From the NCBI GenBank assembly GCA_963806185.1, contig CAWDXE010000001.1, positions 960,001 through 1,024,000 of the forward strand: a stretch of DNA of 64,000 nt. The letters run 5' to 3'. Both the position numbers and the translations under genes were made by a program. Below are positions 13,031 to 23,569 of the stretch, in pieces. The stretch's first letter is position 1. The number at the start of each line of letters is the position of its first letter. Origin of the DNA: an uncultured candidate division Zixibacteria bacterium. Its GTDB lineage: Bacteria; Zixibacteria; MSB-5A5; GN15; FEB-12. The notes under the pieces are model-generated. The model was given only the letters and a program-made list of their open reading frames with translations, was not told where the DNA came from and did no database searches.

Positions 13031-14554
13031 ATGAAACGTAACGTTTCGGTTATGGCCATCATGGTCTTGCTGTGCGGTCAGCTCCTGGCAGCTGTCCCGA
13101 CAATGATCAACTATCAGGGCCGCTTGACTGATGCCGGTGGCAATCCTGTCGCTGACGGCAATTATTCGATCGTCTTTAGAATCTATGACGCCGCCTCGGG
13201 TGGGACTAGCAAGTGGACCGAAACGCAATCTGTTTCCACCGCCGGAGGATTCTTTGCGGTTCTGCTGGGAACCCTTTCCCCGCTTACGGACACAATCTTT
13301 ACCTCAGCTACCCGCTATCTTAGTGTGAAGGTCGGCACAGATCCTGAGTTGACTCCTCGCACTCGGCTGCTTACTGTCCCCTTTGCAGACCGGGTCAGCA
13401 CAGTTGACGGCTCCAGCGGCGGAAGCATCAGTGGGAATCTCAATCTGAACAATTCGACAGCCACGACGGGTAATATCCTGAAGGAGGGCGTGTCGTTCAT
13501 TCAGAATTTTGGTACAAGCAATACGGCTATTGGTCTGAATGCCGGGAACCTGACAATGAGCGGCACTGAGAACACGATGACGGGGAGAAATGCCCTGCAC
13601 TCAAACACAAGTGGCAATTGGAATACGAGCACTGGTTTCAATGCACTTTCTTCCAACACGGTAGGTCATGGAAACACTGCTAACGGCCACAACGCTCTTC
13701 TCAACAACACGACCGGTCGGTACAACGCCGCCTTTGGAAAAGACGCTCTTTACAGCAGCACGGTCGGAGACAGCAATACAGCGTGCGGTTTCCAGGCACT
13801 CTTCTACAATACCGACGGGACATGTAATTCAGCCTTTGGTTTTCAGGCACTCCTCTTCAACACAGCAGACTACAATACCGCAGACGGCTACTTGGCGCTC
13901 TTGAACAACACTACTGGTTTCCAAAACACGGCTTCTGGTTGGGCCGCGCTTAGAAACAACGTAGCTGGCACCGGCAATACCGCGTATGGGGCTAATGCAC
14001 TCGCAGCCAACGTCAATGGAGGTGGTAATACGGGAATCGGAATCTATGCCGATGTTTCAACCGGCGGTCTTTTCAATGCCACTGCCATAGGTTCAGGCGC
14101 CGTTGTCGATGCCAGTAACAAGATTCGGTTGGGCAATAGTGCTGTTACTGTGATTCAGGGTCAAGTGGCCTACACCTTCACCTCCGACCGAAATCAGAAG
14201 GAGAATTTCCTGCCAGTCGATGGCGAGGCAGTCTTGCAAAAGATCCGTAGTTTGAGTCTTAGCAGCTGGAATTACAAGAACAACGATCCTAAGCAGTTCC
14301 GCCATTACGGTCCAGTGGCTCAAGATTTTTTTGCGGCCTTCGGACATGACAGTGTTGGAACCTGCGGAGACTCTGTTAGCATCAATTCTGGTGACATGGC
14401 GGGAATCACGCTGATTGCGGTGCAGACTCTCGAGACAGATAGGGAGCAGCTCAGAGCAAGGGTGGAAACTATTCAGGCGGAGAATACTGAACTCAAGGCG
14501 CGGCTCGAAAAATTGGAAGCGACGATGAACAAAATCGTGCACCATAAACTTTGA
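13031..14554 (+). CDS. Secreted fibre-like protein with Asn/Gly/Thr repeats and a C-terminal peptidase S74 intramolecular chaperone domain
   Basis: Signal peptide, VPTMINYQGRLTD N-terminus, repeats NTAxGxxALxxNTxG, then SDRNQKENF...WNYK...HYGPVAQDF and a coiled coil. Confidence 0.85.
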   Translation: MKRNVSVMAIMVLLCGQLLAAVPTMINYQGRLTDAGGNPVADGNYSIVFRIYDAASGGTSKWTETQSVSTAGGFFAVLLGTLSPLTDTIFTSATRYLSVKVGTDPELTPRTRLLTVPFADRVSTVDGSSGGSISGNLNLNNSTATTGNILKEGVSFIQNFGTSNTAIGLNAGNLTMSGTENTMTGRNALHSNTSGNWNTSTGFNALSSNTVGHGNTANGHNALLNNTTGRYNAAFGKDALYSSTVGDSNTACGFQALFYNTDGTCNSAFGFQALLFNTADYNTADGYLALLNNTTGFQNTASGWAALRNNVAGTGNTAYGANALAANVNGGGNTGIGIYADVSTGGLFNATAIGSGAVVDASNKIRLGNSAVTVIQGQVAYTFTSDRNQKENFLPVDGEAVLQKIRSLSLSSWNYKNNDPKQFRHYGPVAQDFFAAFGHDSVGTCGDSVSINSGDMAGITLIAVQTLETDREQLRARVETIQAENTELKARLEKLEATMNKIVHHKL

Positions 14555-14628
14555 TGCACAGTTCAGCGAAGTCAGAAATAGCCCGGAGCTCCTGGAGTTT
14601 CACACATAATGCGAATCATAGACCTATT

Positions 14629-14996
14629 TGGTGGAGGTGGGGGGAATCGAACCCCCGTCCGAGAATACCGTCAAGCCGTCCTCTACGTGCGTAGCCAATC
14701 TATAAATTCTCGTACTCCGTGCTGCCGATCAGCAGGCCACACAAAGTACCAGTCGCGTATCGTTTAAGCTGTCTGCAACGACATCAGACCGCCGAGCCTC
14801 CTTTTACGTCGTCGTGTCCCACCGTCGAAGGCAAGACTGTGAGCACAACGGGCACATCAACTAATCAGTTACGATTAGGCAGCCATGGCGTAGTTGTTTT
14901 CGCCATTTATTGGTTCGCCCAGTTTGGTAACGGAGACCCAGACAACTCCGGCACGCCAACAACCCCCCGATAAACCCGTCGAAACCTGTCACCCCC
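14629..14996 (-). ncRNA. ssrA: tmRNA; tag peptide (A)GENNYAMAA
   Basis: 5' GGGGGUGACAGGUUUCGAC; 3' GGGGGUUCGAUUCCCCCCACCUCCACCA with a G3:U acceptor wobble; tag reading frame 14904-14875 after AUAAAU. Confidence 0.96.
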
Positions 14997-15362
14997 AAAA
15001 TCTCGAAGAGTATCGAAAAGGCAGGGCCTTTTCGTTTGTCAAAGAACACGTGGGTCAATATACGCTATCGGCTGAATGCGCACAAACTCCCCACACCCGT
15101 ATAACGAAATACTCGACTCAAAGTTCCAATTTCGAGACGTCAGCCAATCCTATCCGCACCCTCTATCCCTCCTCCCATCAAGCGATTACGCGTCATGTCT
15201 CAGGCGCCGCAACGGAAAAACTTGCCCTTGTGATATCTGCCCTATGCCTTATACTTGTTAAGCTGCGCCGGCACCCGCTTCTACGGGCGTGGGTCCAAGT
15301 ACCTGACGGCAACAACGAACCACTCGCCTGTTCGAACGGCGGACAGCCATTTGGAGGATTCA

Positions 15363-15812
15363 ATGCCCAGTCCCGTAGGCCCGTTTCTTGATCGTCACCG
15401 ACTGCGCACAATCCATGATCTCGGGTTATTCTTCCTTCGCGTGGCGATGGCTCTACTCCTCCTGTTCGGCCACGGCTGGCCGAAATTGATGCAATTTGGC
15501 GAACGATCAGCGAGCTTCGCCGATCCCCTCGGCATAGGATCGATCGCCAGTTTGATTCTTACGCTTTTCTCCGAGGTTGGTTGTTCCGTCTTCGTCGCGC
15601 TCGGACTTTTCACCCGCTACGCCGTAATTCCACTCATCATCATGTTCACCGTCATACTGCTCTTCGTGCACGATGACGATCCGTTCACCAAACAGGAACT
15701 CGCCCTGATGTATCTGATACCGTTCATTACGTTGTTGTTGACCGGGCCAGGACGCTTTTCACTCGACAGAAAGTTGCGGAAGACGGAGACCTGGTGGTCG
15801 TGGGATCGCTGA
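15363..15812 (+). CDS. DoxX family membrane protein
   Basis: GLFFLRV...HGWPKL...FADPLGIG...GPGRFSLD; GGAGG RBS before ATG 15363. Confidence 0.88.
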   Translation: MPSPVGPFLDRHRLRTIHDLGLFFLRVAMALLLLFGHGWPKLMQFGERSASFADPLGIGSIASLILTLFSEVGCSVFVALGLFTRYAVIPLIIMFTVILLFVHDDDPFTKQELALMYLIPFITLLLTGPGRFSLDRKLRKTETWWSWDR

Positions 15813-15815
15813 GCG

Positions 15816-17714
15816 TCAGTTGAAGAGCATGAGGTGACAATTTTCCGGTAGCCGACCAATGAGACCGTTGACCACGTGCCCGCGTAAGAGATGGTAGATG
15901 GCACTGCGGTGCCCGACGCCCAGTACAACCGTATCCACGTTGAGCGCCCGTGCGGCGCGCGCCACGCCCTCCGCTACTGTGTACGAAATCGTCCAGACCG
16001 GAATGAGATTGAAGTTCTGTTGCTGAGCTTCGCGATAGGCAAACAGGAGTGATTCCTTGGCCTGCTGTGTCGGCGTGTTGGCGGTTGGATCGACAAACAG
16101 CCCGGGCCGTTCTTCCACATACAAGGCATATATGAAATTGCCGGCCAGTCCCTTCTCGCGGGTAATGGCCTCGTCGATCAGGCGTGGATTCTGTCCGAGC
16201 ACGGCCACCAGGGTGCGCGACGGATACAGCGGTGCGATACTCTCGGCGGCGCTCAAGCTGATCAACTCCGGAAAATCCTCGATGCTTCTTTCCGCCTCGG
16301 TAATCCGTTTGCTCGCCAGGCGGGCCATCATCGGCACCTTGTAGAACCAACTGAAGAACAGTCCCTGTTTATAGGGAATGGCTATCAGCATGCCGATGCC
16401 CACGACGATGCCGCCGAAGATGGTCGCCTGATGTTTTGTGATAATGACTACGATCCATGCGACCAGCACCATGCCGGTGGTGAGGATACCAACCCAGAAG
16501 CGTGTCCCGCGCTGACCTTCACGATACCGAATGACATCCAGCCCCCCCGAACTCAACACGAACGCACCCAATAAACCAAAGGCGTACATCTCGCCCAGCA
16601 GAGCAAGATTCCCTTTGGTGAATACGATGACACCGATAGGCACGACGGTAGCCAACAGGATAGCCCAGTGCGGCGTGCTAAACCGTTTGTTGCGGCGCGT
16701 CACGATTGACGGGAGAAAGTTCTGATTCGCCAGCGCCAGGAACACGTGATAGGTGCCGATAATCGCCGTGTTGGCGGCGAACAAAAGCAGCACTGAGGCG
16801 GTGACGACCACCGCTACTTTCAGCGGAAGACCGCCGTATACATCACCCAGCTCGGAAATGAACCGCTCCGAACCGGTCACCTTGACCGAATCCGACAGAA
16901 GCGATACCGAAAACAAGGTGAGCAAGGGTGACGTGAGCAATACGGTCACGATCACGATCATCATGCCTTTGTGTGCCGTACCCTTCAGCGGCGACTGCAT
17001 TGCGGGCGACAGCTGGCTGATGCTCTCCAACCCGGAGAAGGCCAGCCACGCGCCACCGAAACCGACCAGCAGCGTGGTAAGCGGCACTCCGCTGGGCACC
17101 TTGACATGCTGCCACACTAGATCCCACTGCGGCGGCCCCATCATGATCACGGTCACCAGGATAACCGCCAGCGACACCGCCAGCGCCGAGACCGCCATCA
17201 TCAGCGAGATGCCGGCACTTTCGCGAATACCGATGACGTTTATGAGTGCGAGAAAACTCAGTGCGATGACGGCAATCATAACGACATTCTCGCCTGCAAC
17301 CGGGATGACGGAGCCCAGATAATGCATGCCCGAAACCGCCGAGACGGCGGAGGTGAGAAAATAGTCGACCGTGATAAGCAATCCCCCAAATACGCCGAAG
17401 CGAGGGGAAAAGGCCTTCGTGGATACGGTGACAACACCGCCACCCTCCGGATTGCGCCAGCAGATTTCAATGTACTTGCTGGCCAGCAGCAGGAACCCGA
17501 CCGTAACGGCGAGCACCATGAGCGGCGCAAGCGATCCGATCTGACCGTACAAAATCCCCGGCACGTAGTATACCGACGTGCCAATGTCGCAAAACACCAC
17601 CGCCCAAACCAGCAGAGGCGAAAGGAGCTTGGGGTGCAGCTCAATCGCCTTTTCCGCGATCGAAGGGTTCTGCCCGGATGGTTCTTCGGTACTGGGGTTC
17701 GTGGCTGCGCTCAC
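15816..17714 (-). CDS. APC-superfamily transporter with C-terminal USP-like domain (KimA/YdaO-like)
   Basis: About 12 TM segments; DIGTSVYY, DYFLTSAVS and FSGLESIS motifs; soluble USP-like tail. Confidence 0.8.
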   Translation of the reverse strand: MSAATNPSTEEPSGQNPSIAEKAIELHPKLLSPLLVWAVVFCDIGTSVYYVPGILYGQIGSLAPLMVLAVTVGFLLLASKYIEICWRNPEGGGVVTVSTKAFSPRFGVFGGLLITVDYFLTSAVSAVSGMHYLGSVIPVAGENVVMIAVIALSFLALINVIGIRESAGISLMMAVSALAVSLAVILVTVIMMGPPQWDLVWQHVKVPSGVPLTTLLVGFGGAWLAFSGLESISQLSPAMQSPLKGTAHKGMMIVIVTVLLTSPLLTLFSVSLLSDSVKVTGSERFISELGDVYGGLPLKVAVVVTASVLLLFAANTAIIGTYHVFLALANQNFLPSIVTRRNKRFSTPHWAILLATVVPIGVIVFTKGNLALLGEMYAFGLLGAFVLSSGGLDVIRYREGQRGTRFWVGILTTGMVLVAWIVVIITKHQATIFGGIVVGIGMLIAIPYKQGLFFSWFYKVPMMARLASKRITEAERSIEDFPELISLSAAESIAPLYPSRTLVAVLGQNPRLIDEAITREKGLAGNFIYALYVEERPGLFVDPTANTPTQQAKESLLFAYREAQQQNFNLIPVWTISYTVAEGVARAARALNVDTVVLGVGHRSAIYHLLRGHVVNGLIGRLPENCHLMLFN

Positions 17715-17813
17715 AAAATATCCAAAATTGAATTGTCCCTGGATGGTGCCGCGGTCACCGTTACCTTCATAACGGCTATGGACAGAGTGTTTTCATACGT
17801 AAGAGCAGCGCTA

Positions 17814-17842
17814 AGTATATTGTCGTCGCCATGTTAAGGCAA
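17814..17842 (-). promoter_or_regulatory. Sigma70 promoter of the APC transporter
   Basis: TTGCCT-17-TATACT on the minus strand. Confidence 0.6.
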
Positions 17843-17972
17843 GCTTGTTTCGAGTGATCGGAGATTCCACCCCCGCCCACGTTTAACTCCTGCCGTCGGA
17901 GATTTCGCTGACGTAAGCATTTGGAATACTATAACTTAGATGGCCGATTCGGGTAGCCCACCGTCGCCGGCA

Positions 17973-19052
17973 TTATCTCGGCGCGGCGGAGGGAGACTTT
18001 GTCACAGTGGAAGCTCCGGGGTCGGGTCTCATATATGTCCCGACGAAATTGTTGGTGAACAAGTCTCCGAGCGTCGTGTGAATCGATCGGGTAGTATATC
18101 CCAATTCCTGACGGGCCTTCGAGGAAGAGAAGGCCCAGTCGTAGTCAAGCAGTTTGGTCAGTTCCGGATACATCCTGATGCGACTTCTTCCCAAAATGAC
18201 AGTCAGGGCATAACCGATTCTGGCCAGTCCGCGATAGACCCAGTTGGGAAGCCATAACAGATGTGGGCTCTTGCCGACGAAGACGGATACAGCCAGAACA
18301 AGCTCTCGTGCCGTCATGTTGTCACCGCCGAGGATATAACGCTCGTTGGGGCGACCCTTCCGCAGCGCGGCAATAACGCCCGGCGCCAGATCCCGCAAAT
18401 CGACCAGGTTCATCAGATTGGGAAAATCGGGCATGACGATGCCATTGATCCGCCTACGGCCGCGGCCGCGATCATCGCGGGTCGTTGACGGTGAGAGAAT
18501 GATCGATGGATTGACAATGACCAGCTCCGGCCCGCCGGCGGCGGCGAGCTTAAGCAATTCTTCCTCAGCGGCCCACTTCGTCATGAGATATGGGATCTTC
18601 ACGTCAGCGAGATTGAACGGCCATTGCTCGTTCAGCGACGCCGCAACAATGGGTACATTCTTGCCGTTTCCGCGGGGTCGACCGCCGATGGCCGCGACCG
18701 ACGATATATGTACGAATCGTTTGACCCGCGCCTTAGCGGCCGCATGATAAAGATACACGGCGCCGAAAGTGTTGATGCCGGTAAACTGCGTCAGTTTGTC
18801 CTTGCGGAAATCAACCCACGCGGCCGCGTGGATGATGGCATCGACACCAGCTACCAGTTGATCCAGCTCCGGCCGGTTGCGAAGATCGGCCAGCCGCTTT
18901 TCAAGGCCCAGAGAATCGATGAAGGTAGTGTCCGAACCCTCCCGTACGTGGGCAACGACGCGAATGCCCTGCTTGGCCAGTTCATAGATGATCTGCTGTC
19001 CAACCGAGCCGGACGCTCCGGTAATGAGTATGGTCTGCCCCTGTAAATCCAT
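17973..19052 (-). CDS. NAD-dependent epimerase/dehydratase (extended SDR)
   Basis: ILITGASGSVG and YLMTK (YxxxK) motifs. Confidence 0.88.
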   Translation of the reverse strand: MDLQGQTILITGASGSVGQQIIYELAKQGIRVVAHVREGSDTTFIDSLGLEKRLADLRNRPELDQLVAGVDAIIHAAAWVDFRKDKLTQFTGINTFGAVYLYHAAAKARVKRFVHISSVAAIGGRPRGNGKNVPIVAASLNEQWPFNLADVKIPYLMTKWAAEEELLKLAAAGGPELVIVNPSIILSPSTTRDDRGRGRRRINGIVMPDFPNLMNLVDLRDLAPGVIAALRKGRPNERYILGGDNMTARELVLAVSVFVGKSPHLLWLPNWVYRGLARIGYALTVILGRSRIRMYPELTKLLDYDWAFSSSKARQELGYTTRSIHTTLGDLFTNNFVGTYMRPDPGASTVTKSPSAAPR

Positions 19053-19295
19053 GAGTTCACTCACCCCTTCAGCCTGAGGCCGCCGCTCTGCATCGCGTTT
19101 ATCAGTCGGGGCTAACATAACCAATTTCTCTCCAAAGTGCCGCCAAATCTGAAAGCAAGTGTCAGCGGCGAATCTCGGAAAGGGAACGGTTACAGGCGAA
19201 AAAGGTCAGTTATCGACTGTCCGGCATAATCTTACAAGCGAGCCGAAAGCTCTGCAGCTTCCCGTGTCGTTCTAATGGCCAAATGCAGGTATCCA

Positions 19296-20015
19296 TTACC
19301 ACCGATCTATTAACTTAACCTGTTCGTCAAGCATAAACCGCGGGGGCACTCGCTCAGCGAGTGTGTCCAATATCACGGATTTTATCCAGAGGATGGAACT
19401 ACGGGCATCGCGGGCGCAACGCGTGTTGAAATTTCTAACATCTTTCGGAGATTTTGTCTTCGGCCAGTGATTTCGAGAATCTGAATCATCAACCGTATGC
19501 ACCCCTTGCTCTCCCATCGTAATCACCCACGCCACTTCTTCCGGTCGAGCGTGCACGATTGCATTTCGAATCTTAATGTACTCATCCAATCGTTGCCAAT
19601 CGCTCCTGTCTCGTTTGAGTACTTTTCTAGGGTCAACAATCGAATTCGCACAAATGGGAATTATGAAATACAGTTTTTCATTTAATGGCCACCATTCAAA
19701 GCCCTGCCCTCGCAAATGGTCCAGCCGTTTCTTAGTCCTAAAAATCTCATCCGGCAGACTGTCTTCCGAACGACTCTTGTACTCCTCATAAAGGCACATG
19801 ACAAAGGACTCAAGTCCGCTCATGCCCAGCAAGAAGCTAGCTGTAGCGAGATGCTTCTCCTTCGCCCATTCTCCCTGGTCAAGATTCATGTCATGTTTCC
19901 TTCGCTTATCTTCAATCATGTTGAAGATCGGTTCGGCCTCGATTAATAGCGCCTCCATCCCCGCAAACAGAGGTTGAAATGGTCGTGTCTGTAGAACCGA
20001 TTTAATGGTCGCCAT
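19296..20015 (-). CDS. Hypothetical protein with a HEPN-like RxxxxH motif
   Basis: IKIRNAIVHA motif; visibly more AT-rich than neighbours. Confidence 0.6.
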   Translation of the reverse strand: MATIKSVLQTRPFQPLFAGMEALLIEAEPIFNMIEDKRRKHDMNLDQGEWAKEKHLATASFLLGMSGLESFVMCLYEEYKSRSEDSLPDEIFRTKKRLDHLRGQGFEWWPLNEKLYFIIPICANSIVDPRKVLKRDRSDWQRLDEYIKIRNAIVHARPEEVAWVITMGEQGVHTVDDSDSRNHWPKTKSPKDVRNFNTRCARDARSSILWIKSVILDTLAERVPPRFMLDEQVKLIDRW

Positions 20016-20027
20016 CTGGCGATATCC

Positions 20028-21204
20028 TCATTTGTGTGCGGCAAACCGATCCAGGATTCCAGTCAGTCGGTCGATGTCCTGTTCATTGTTGAACAAGTGA
20101 CAAGAGACGCGAATTGAGCCCTCCCGCTGCACCAGAATAATCCGCTCCTTCAAAATCGCCTTGTGCAATCTGGCGATGTCGTCGCACGCAAACGTGAAGA
20201 TTGACGACCGGTGCTTTTCTTCCATTGACGACGTAATCCGATAATACGGCTTCTGTCTGATATAGGCGGCCAATCGATCAATCAGGCCGTGGGTATGTTT
20301 CTGAATATTCGGAATGCCCAGATCTACGAAAAGGTCCGCCGCGGCACGCATGCCGAAGATATTCAGCACGGCGTAATACCCCAATTCGAACTTCCGCGCT
20401 TCGTCGAACCACTCTTTGTCGTAGTGGAATAGGTCGGTGTACTGCATGTGCCAGTCGACGCCCAGCCAGCTCATGAAAGGTATCTGTAGCGATTGCTGCA
20501 CCTCGTCACTCAGGTAGAAAAAGGCACACCCTTGCGGCGCCAATAGCCACTTCTGGCAGCCGGAACTGAAGACATCAATCCCCAGCTCGACCACATTGAG
20601 TCGGCTCGACTCCCATCCCCTGAATACCGTCGACGATCAAGTAACAGCCATGTTCTTTCGCAATCCGTGAAATAGTCGCCAGATCGTTCTTGTACCCGTT
20701 GAAAAACTGCACGTACGAGAGCGCGATCACCCGCGTTTTCGGATTGATTGCCTTTTCCAGCTCAGCGATGTCAAAGCGACGGTTGTGCGACGGCACAAAG
20801 GTGAGTTTCAGTTCCCGTCGTTCCGCCGCCGCACGCCAGGCATAAACGATCGCCGGAAATTCAATATCGGATACCAGTACCTCGTCACCCGCCTTCAGCG
20901 GCAAGCCGAAGGCCGCCACATTGATGCCGAAACTGGTATTCAGGCCAAGACCTACCTGGTGCGACTTGGCGCCGATCAGCGAGGCGTAAATGTCGCGCAG
21001 TTCGCACTGCGCCACGTCGGCATCATGGCTGTCGTCTGTGGCGGCGTCCACCCGAATCTGGACATTGTGTCGGACGGCCTCGGCCACCGGAGTGCAAAAC
21101 GGACCGTAGGAGGCACTGTTGAAGTATATAACGTCCTTCGTATGAGGAAACAGGCTGCGCGCCTGTGCAAACTTCGCTTCAGTCGTCGGCGTGACGGTCG
21201 ACAT
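20028..21204 (-). CDS. Class V PLP-dependent aminotransferase (cysteine desulfurase/isopenicillin N epimerase-like), frameshifted near 20600
   Basis: YFNSAS and VDGIQ motifs in ORF 20575..; SGCQKWLLAPQG (PLP lysine) in ORF 20028..20594. Confidence 0.85.
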
Positions 21205-21215
21205 GTCACACTCCT

Positions 21216-21644
21216 TCACATGGCGTATATGAGTCCAATTACGGTCAGACACCCGGCTAACTTGATCAAGTGCGAAAGCAGCAGAAAAAGCAGGAAAGGC
21301 ATGGGCAATTTCAATCGGACCGACAGTGACATGATCACCGGCGCCGCTCCAAGTATGAACGCAAATATCGCGGCAGCAAACCCCGCCCGTACCGTTTCCA
21401 AGGGCAGGATCAGCCGGAGAAAGCCGTAGCCAAAGGCGGGAATGGCCACATAAAACAGGGCCTCCATCGTGAAATTCATGAAGGTCCACACAAATCCGGT
21501 CTCTTCTTTCAGTTCTTTCGGAATGGCATACGAAAGACGCAACCGGCGCTCGATGAAGTCGAGGATGAACGAGATGACCAGCAGGTACGCACCCGCGGCC
21601 AACAGGCAGACCAATGCCAGCGAACCGGACATTATCACAGCCAT
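21216..21644 (-). CDS. Hypothetical membrane protein
   Basis: Four hydrophobic segments; overlaps the stop of the upstream gene. Confidence 0.7.
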   Translation of the reverse strand: MAVIMSGSLALVCLLAAGAYLLVISFILDFIERRLRLSYAIPKELKEETGFVWTFMNFTMEALFYVAIPAFGYGFLRLILPLETVRAGFAAAIFAFILGAAPVIMSLSVRLKLPMPFLLFLLLSHLIKLAGCLTVIGLIYAM

Positions 21645-22627
21645 CCCTCCTTGAGGTACCAGTCAAATGTTTCTCGTGCACCCCGGTCAAACGGGATTGA
21701 CGATTCAAAGCCCAGCTCCCGCTTCGCTTTGTCGGTTGATACACTCCACGACGCCAACAGCTCACGCGATTTTTCGACCGTCAGCATCGGCACCGCTCGG
21801 ACCAATCGAAAGGCAGATTCCGACACGAAGGCAATGAATTTGAAGAGCGGCGCCGGTATCGGCAGCGGCAGCGCCCTTCGCCCGCAAACGGTCTCGAGCG
21901 TGGCCACAAGCTGCGCCATGGTATATGCCCGCGATTCGCCAATGAAATAGATTGAACCCGAAACCGTATTAGCCGTCAAGCCGCGCAATACACCGGCACA
22001 GACGTCGTCGACGTGCACCAATTGAATCAACCGCTTCGGATTACCGAAGAGCGGGTTGATACGACGGTATACCGTCTTGAACACAGTGAGTATTTCTTTG
22101 TCGCCGGGACCGTACACACCCATCGGACGAAGGATCACGGTCGGCAAGCGACTGGCGAATTCCTGTACCACCTTCTCTCCCGCCGCTTTCGATCGACCAT
22201 ACGTGGTGATAGGATTGGGCGGATCGGCCTCGGTCAGCGGTGTGTCACCTCTCATCGGTCCCGAAACGGCCAGTGATGAGACATAGATGACTTTCCTGAC
22301 GTGCGGATTGTGCGCGACAATCGCTTCAAGCAGATTGAGCGTCCCGGTTTCGTTGACCGCAAAAAATGTCTCGGCCGCTTTTGCCTTAACGATGCCGGCG
22401 TTATGAATGACATAATCAACGCCCGCTACCATGGCCGGCAGCGTATCCGGACTGCAGACATCACCATACCTGTAGGTGACCGGCAGCGTCTTCAACAACG
22501 ACAGATCGGCGGTTCGTCGCACACCGGCGTAGACGATGTACCCGTGTTCGAGGAAAGTGTTGCAGAGTCGTGAGCCAATGAAGCCATTGGCTCCCGTGAT
22601 CAGGACTGACGGTTTCGCTTCGGACAT
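21635..22627 (-). CDS. NAD-dependent epimerase/dehydratase
   Basis: VLITGANGFIG and YGRSK motifs. Confidence 0.9.
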   Translation of the reverse strand: MSEAKPSVLITGANGFIGSRLCNTFLEHGYIVYAGVRRTADLSLLKTLPVTYRYGDVCSPDTLPAMVAGVDYVIHNAGIVKAKAAETFFAVNETGTLNLLEAIVAHNPHVRKVIYVSSLAVSGPMRGDTPLTEADPPNPITTYGRSKAAGEKVVQEFASRLPTVILRPMGVYGPGDKEILTVFKTVYRRINPLFGNPKRLIQLVHVDDVCAGVLRGLTANTVSGSIYFIGESRAYTMAQLVATLETVCGRRALPLPIPAPLFKFIAFVSESAFRLVRAVPMLTVEKSRELLASWSVSTDKAKRELGFESSIPFDRGARETFDWYLKEGWL

Positions 22628-22678
22628 CGTCCGAATCTACCCATTTGAGCAGGCGCTTTCAAGCTGTTATCTTGCCCC
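22628..22678. promoter_or_regulatory. Overlapping divergent sigma70 promoters, both leaderless
   Basis: Minus strand: TTGAAA-17-TAGATT-N6-ATG(22627). Plus strand: TTGAGC-17-TATCTT-N5-ATG(22679). Confidence 0.65.
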
Positions 22679-23029
22679 ATGGATTTCGGCTATCGCCTGG
22701 TGACGGACGAACAGGGACGGATTGAGTACAAGCAGCGCCCGGGCCGCAAAAAGCACTTTCATCTTGAAGTCTTTGTGGATGAACCCGATTCGGTGCTGGA
22801 TTCTGTTCGTCTGGTCGAATATCGTCTGCACGAGTCGTTTAGCGAGCCGATCCGTCACAACGATGACCGTCGCCGCCGCTTCGCCGAACGATTCTTCACC
22901 TGGGGGAAATTTGCCATTGCTGTCACAGTGCTGTTTGTCGACGGCCGCCGCGAGTCGTTTCAGTTCAACCTGGATTACTCACTCCCACCCGATTACGGCC
23001 TGAATTACGTGAAAATTCCGGCGGAGTGA
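22679..23029 (+). CDS. Stand-alone prokaryotic YEATS (pYEATS) domain protein
   Basis: VRLVEYRLHESFSEP...F..RFFTWGKF matches the YEATS LHxSF...WGxF signature. Confidence 0.72.
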   Translation: MDFGYRLVTDEQGRIEYKQRPGRKKHFHLEVFVDEPDSVLDSVRLVEYRLHESFSEPIRHNDDRRRRFAERFFTWGKFAIAVTVLFVDGRRESFQFNLDYSLPPDYGLNYVKIPAE

Positions 23030-23032
23030 GTC

Positions 23033-23557
23033 TCACCCCGCATTGTGCCGTCGCACTGCCGCCACCAATAACGGTATCACAATGATTTGCACGGCAATTC
23101 CGGGCAATCCGCTGACTATCGCCCCGCCGGTCGAGAAAAAGGCCGCCGCCGTGTACGGCAATTCTATAAACATGCCCAGCACGAACAATCCAAGTCCAAA
23201 CATGAGGCGACCCACGATCAATGCCAATACGAGAGCAATATAGATATTGAAATGTAGATGCTTGTAGGCCAACCCCGCCACCAGGCCGTAGATCGGCAGT
23301 TCCAACGACATCAACGGCACAGCGTAGGTCGGCGGCATGCCGGTGAGCAAGTGCGACATGAGCGGGGCAATCAAACCGACTACCACTCCCGAAGCCGGCC
23401 CTACCAGAAACCCGGCCAGGAGTACCGGGATGTGCATCGGAAGAAGAATACGGCCGCTGATGCCAAAGAGGTGGAAGCCGATCGGCAGGAGTACCGCCAA
23501 CGCCAAATACAGCGCGGTGTGAGTCAACCATCGCGCTTTGGTGTGCTGATCTTTCAC
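23033..23557 (-). CDS. ECF transporter S component
   Basis: LLPMHIPVLLAGF and SHLLTGMP motifs; five to six TM segments. Confidence 0.85.
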   Translation of the reverse strand: MKDQHTKARWLTHTALYLALAVLLPIGFHLFGISGRILLPMHIPVLLAGFLVGPASGVVVGLIAPLMSHLLTGMPPTYAVPLMSLELPIYGLVAGLAYKHLHFNIYIALVLALIVGRLMFGLGLFVLGMFIELPYTAAAFFSTGGAIVSGLPGIAVQIIVIPLLVAAVRRHNAG

Positions 23558-23569
23558 GGAGAACTATGA

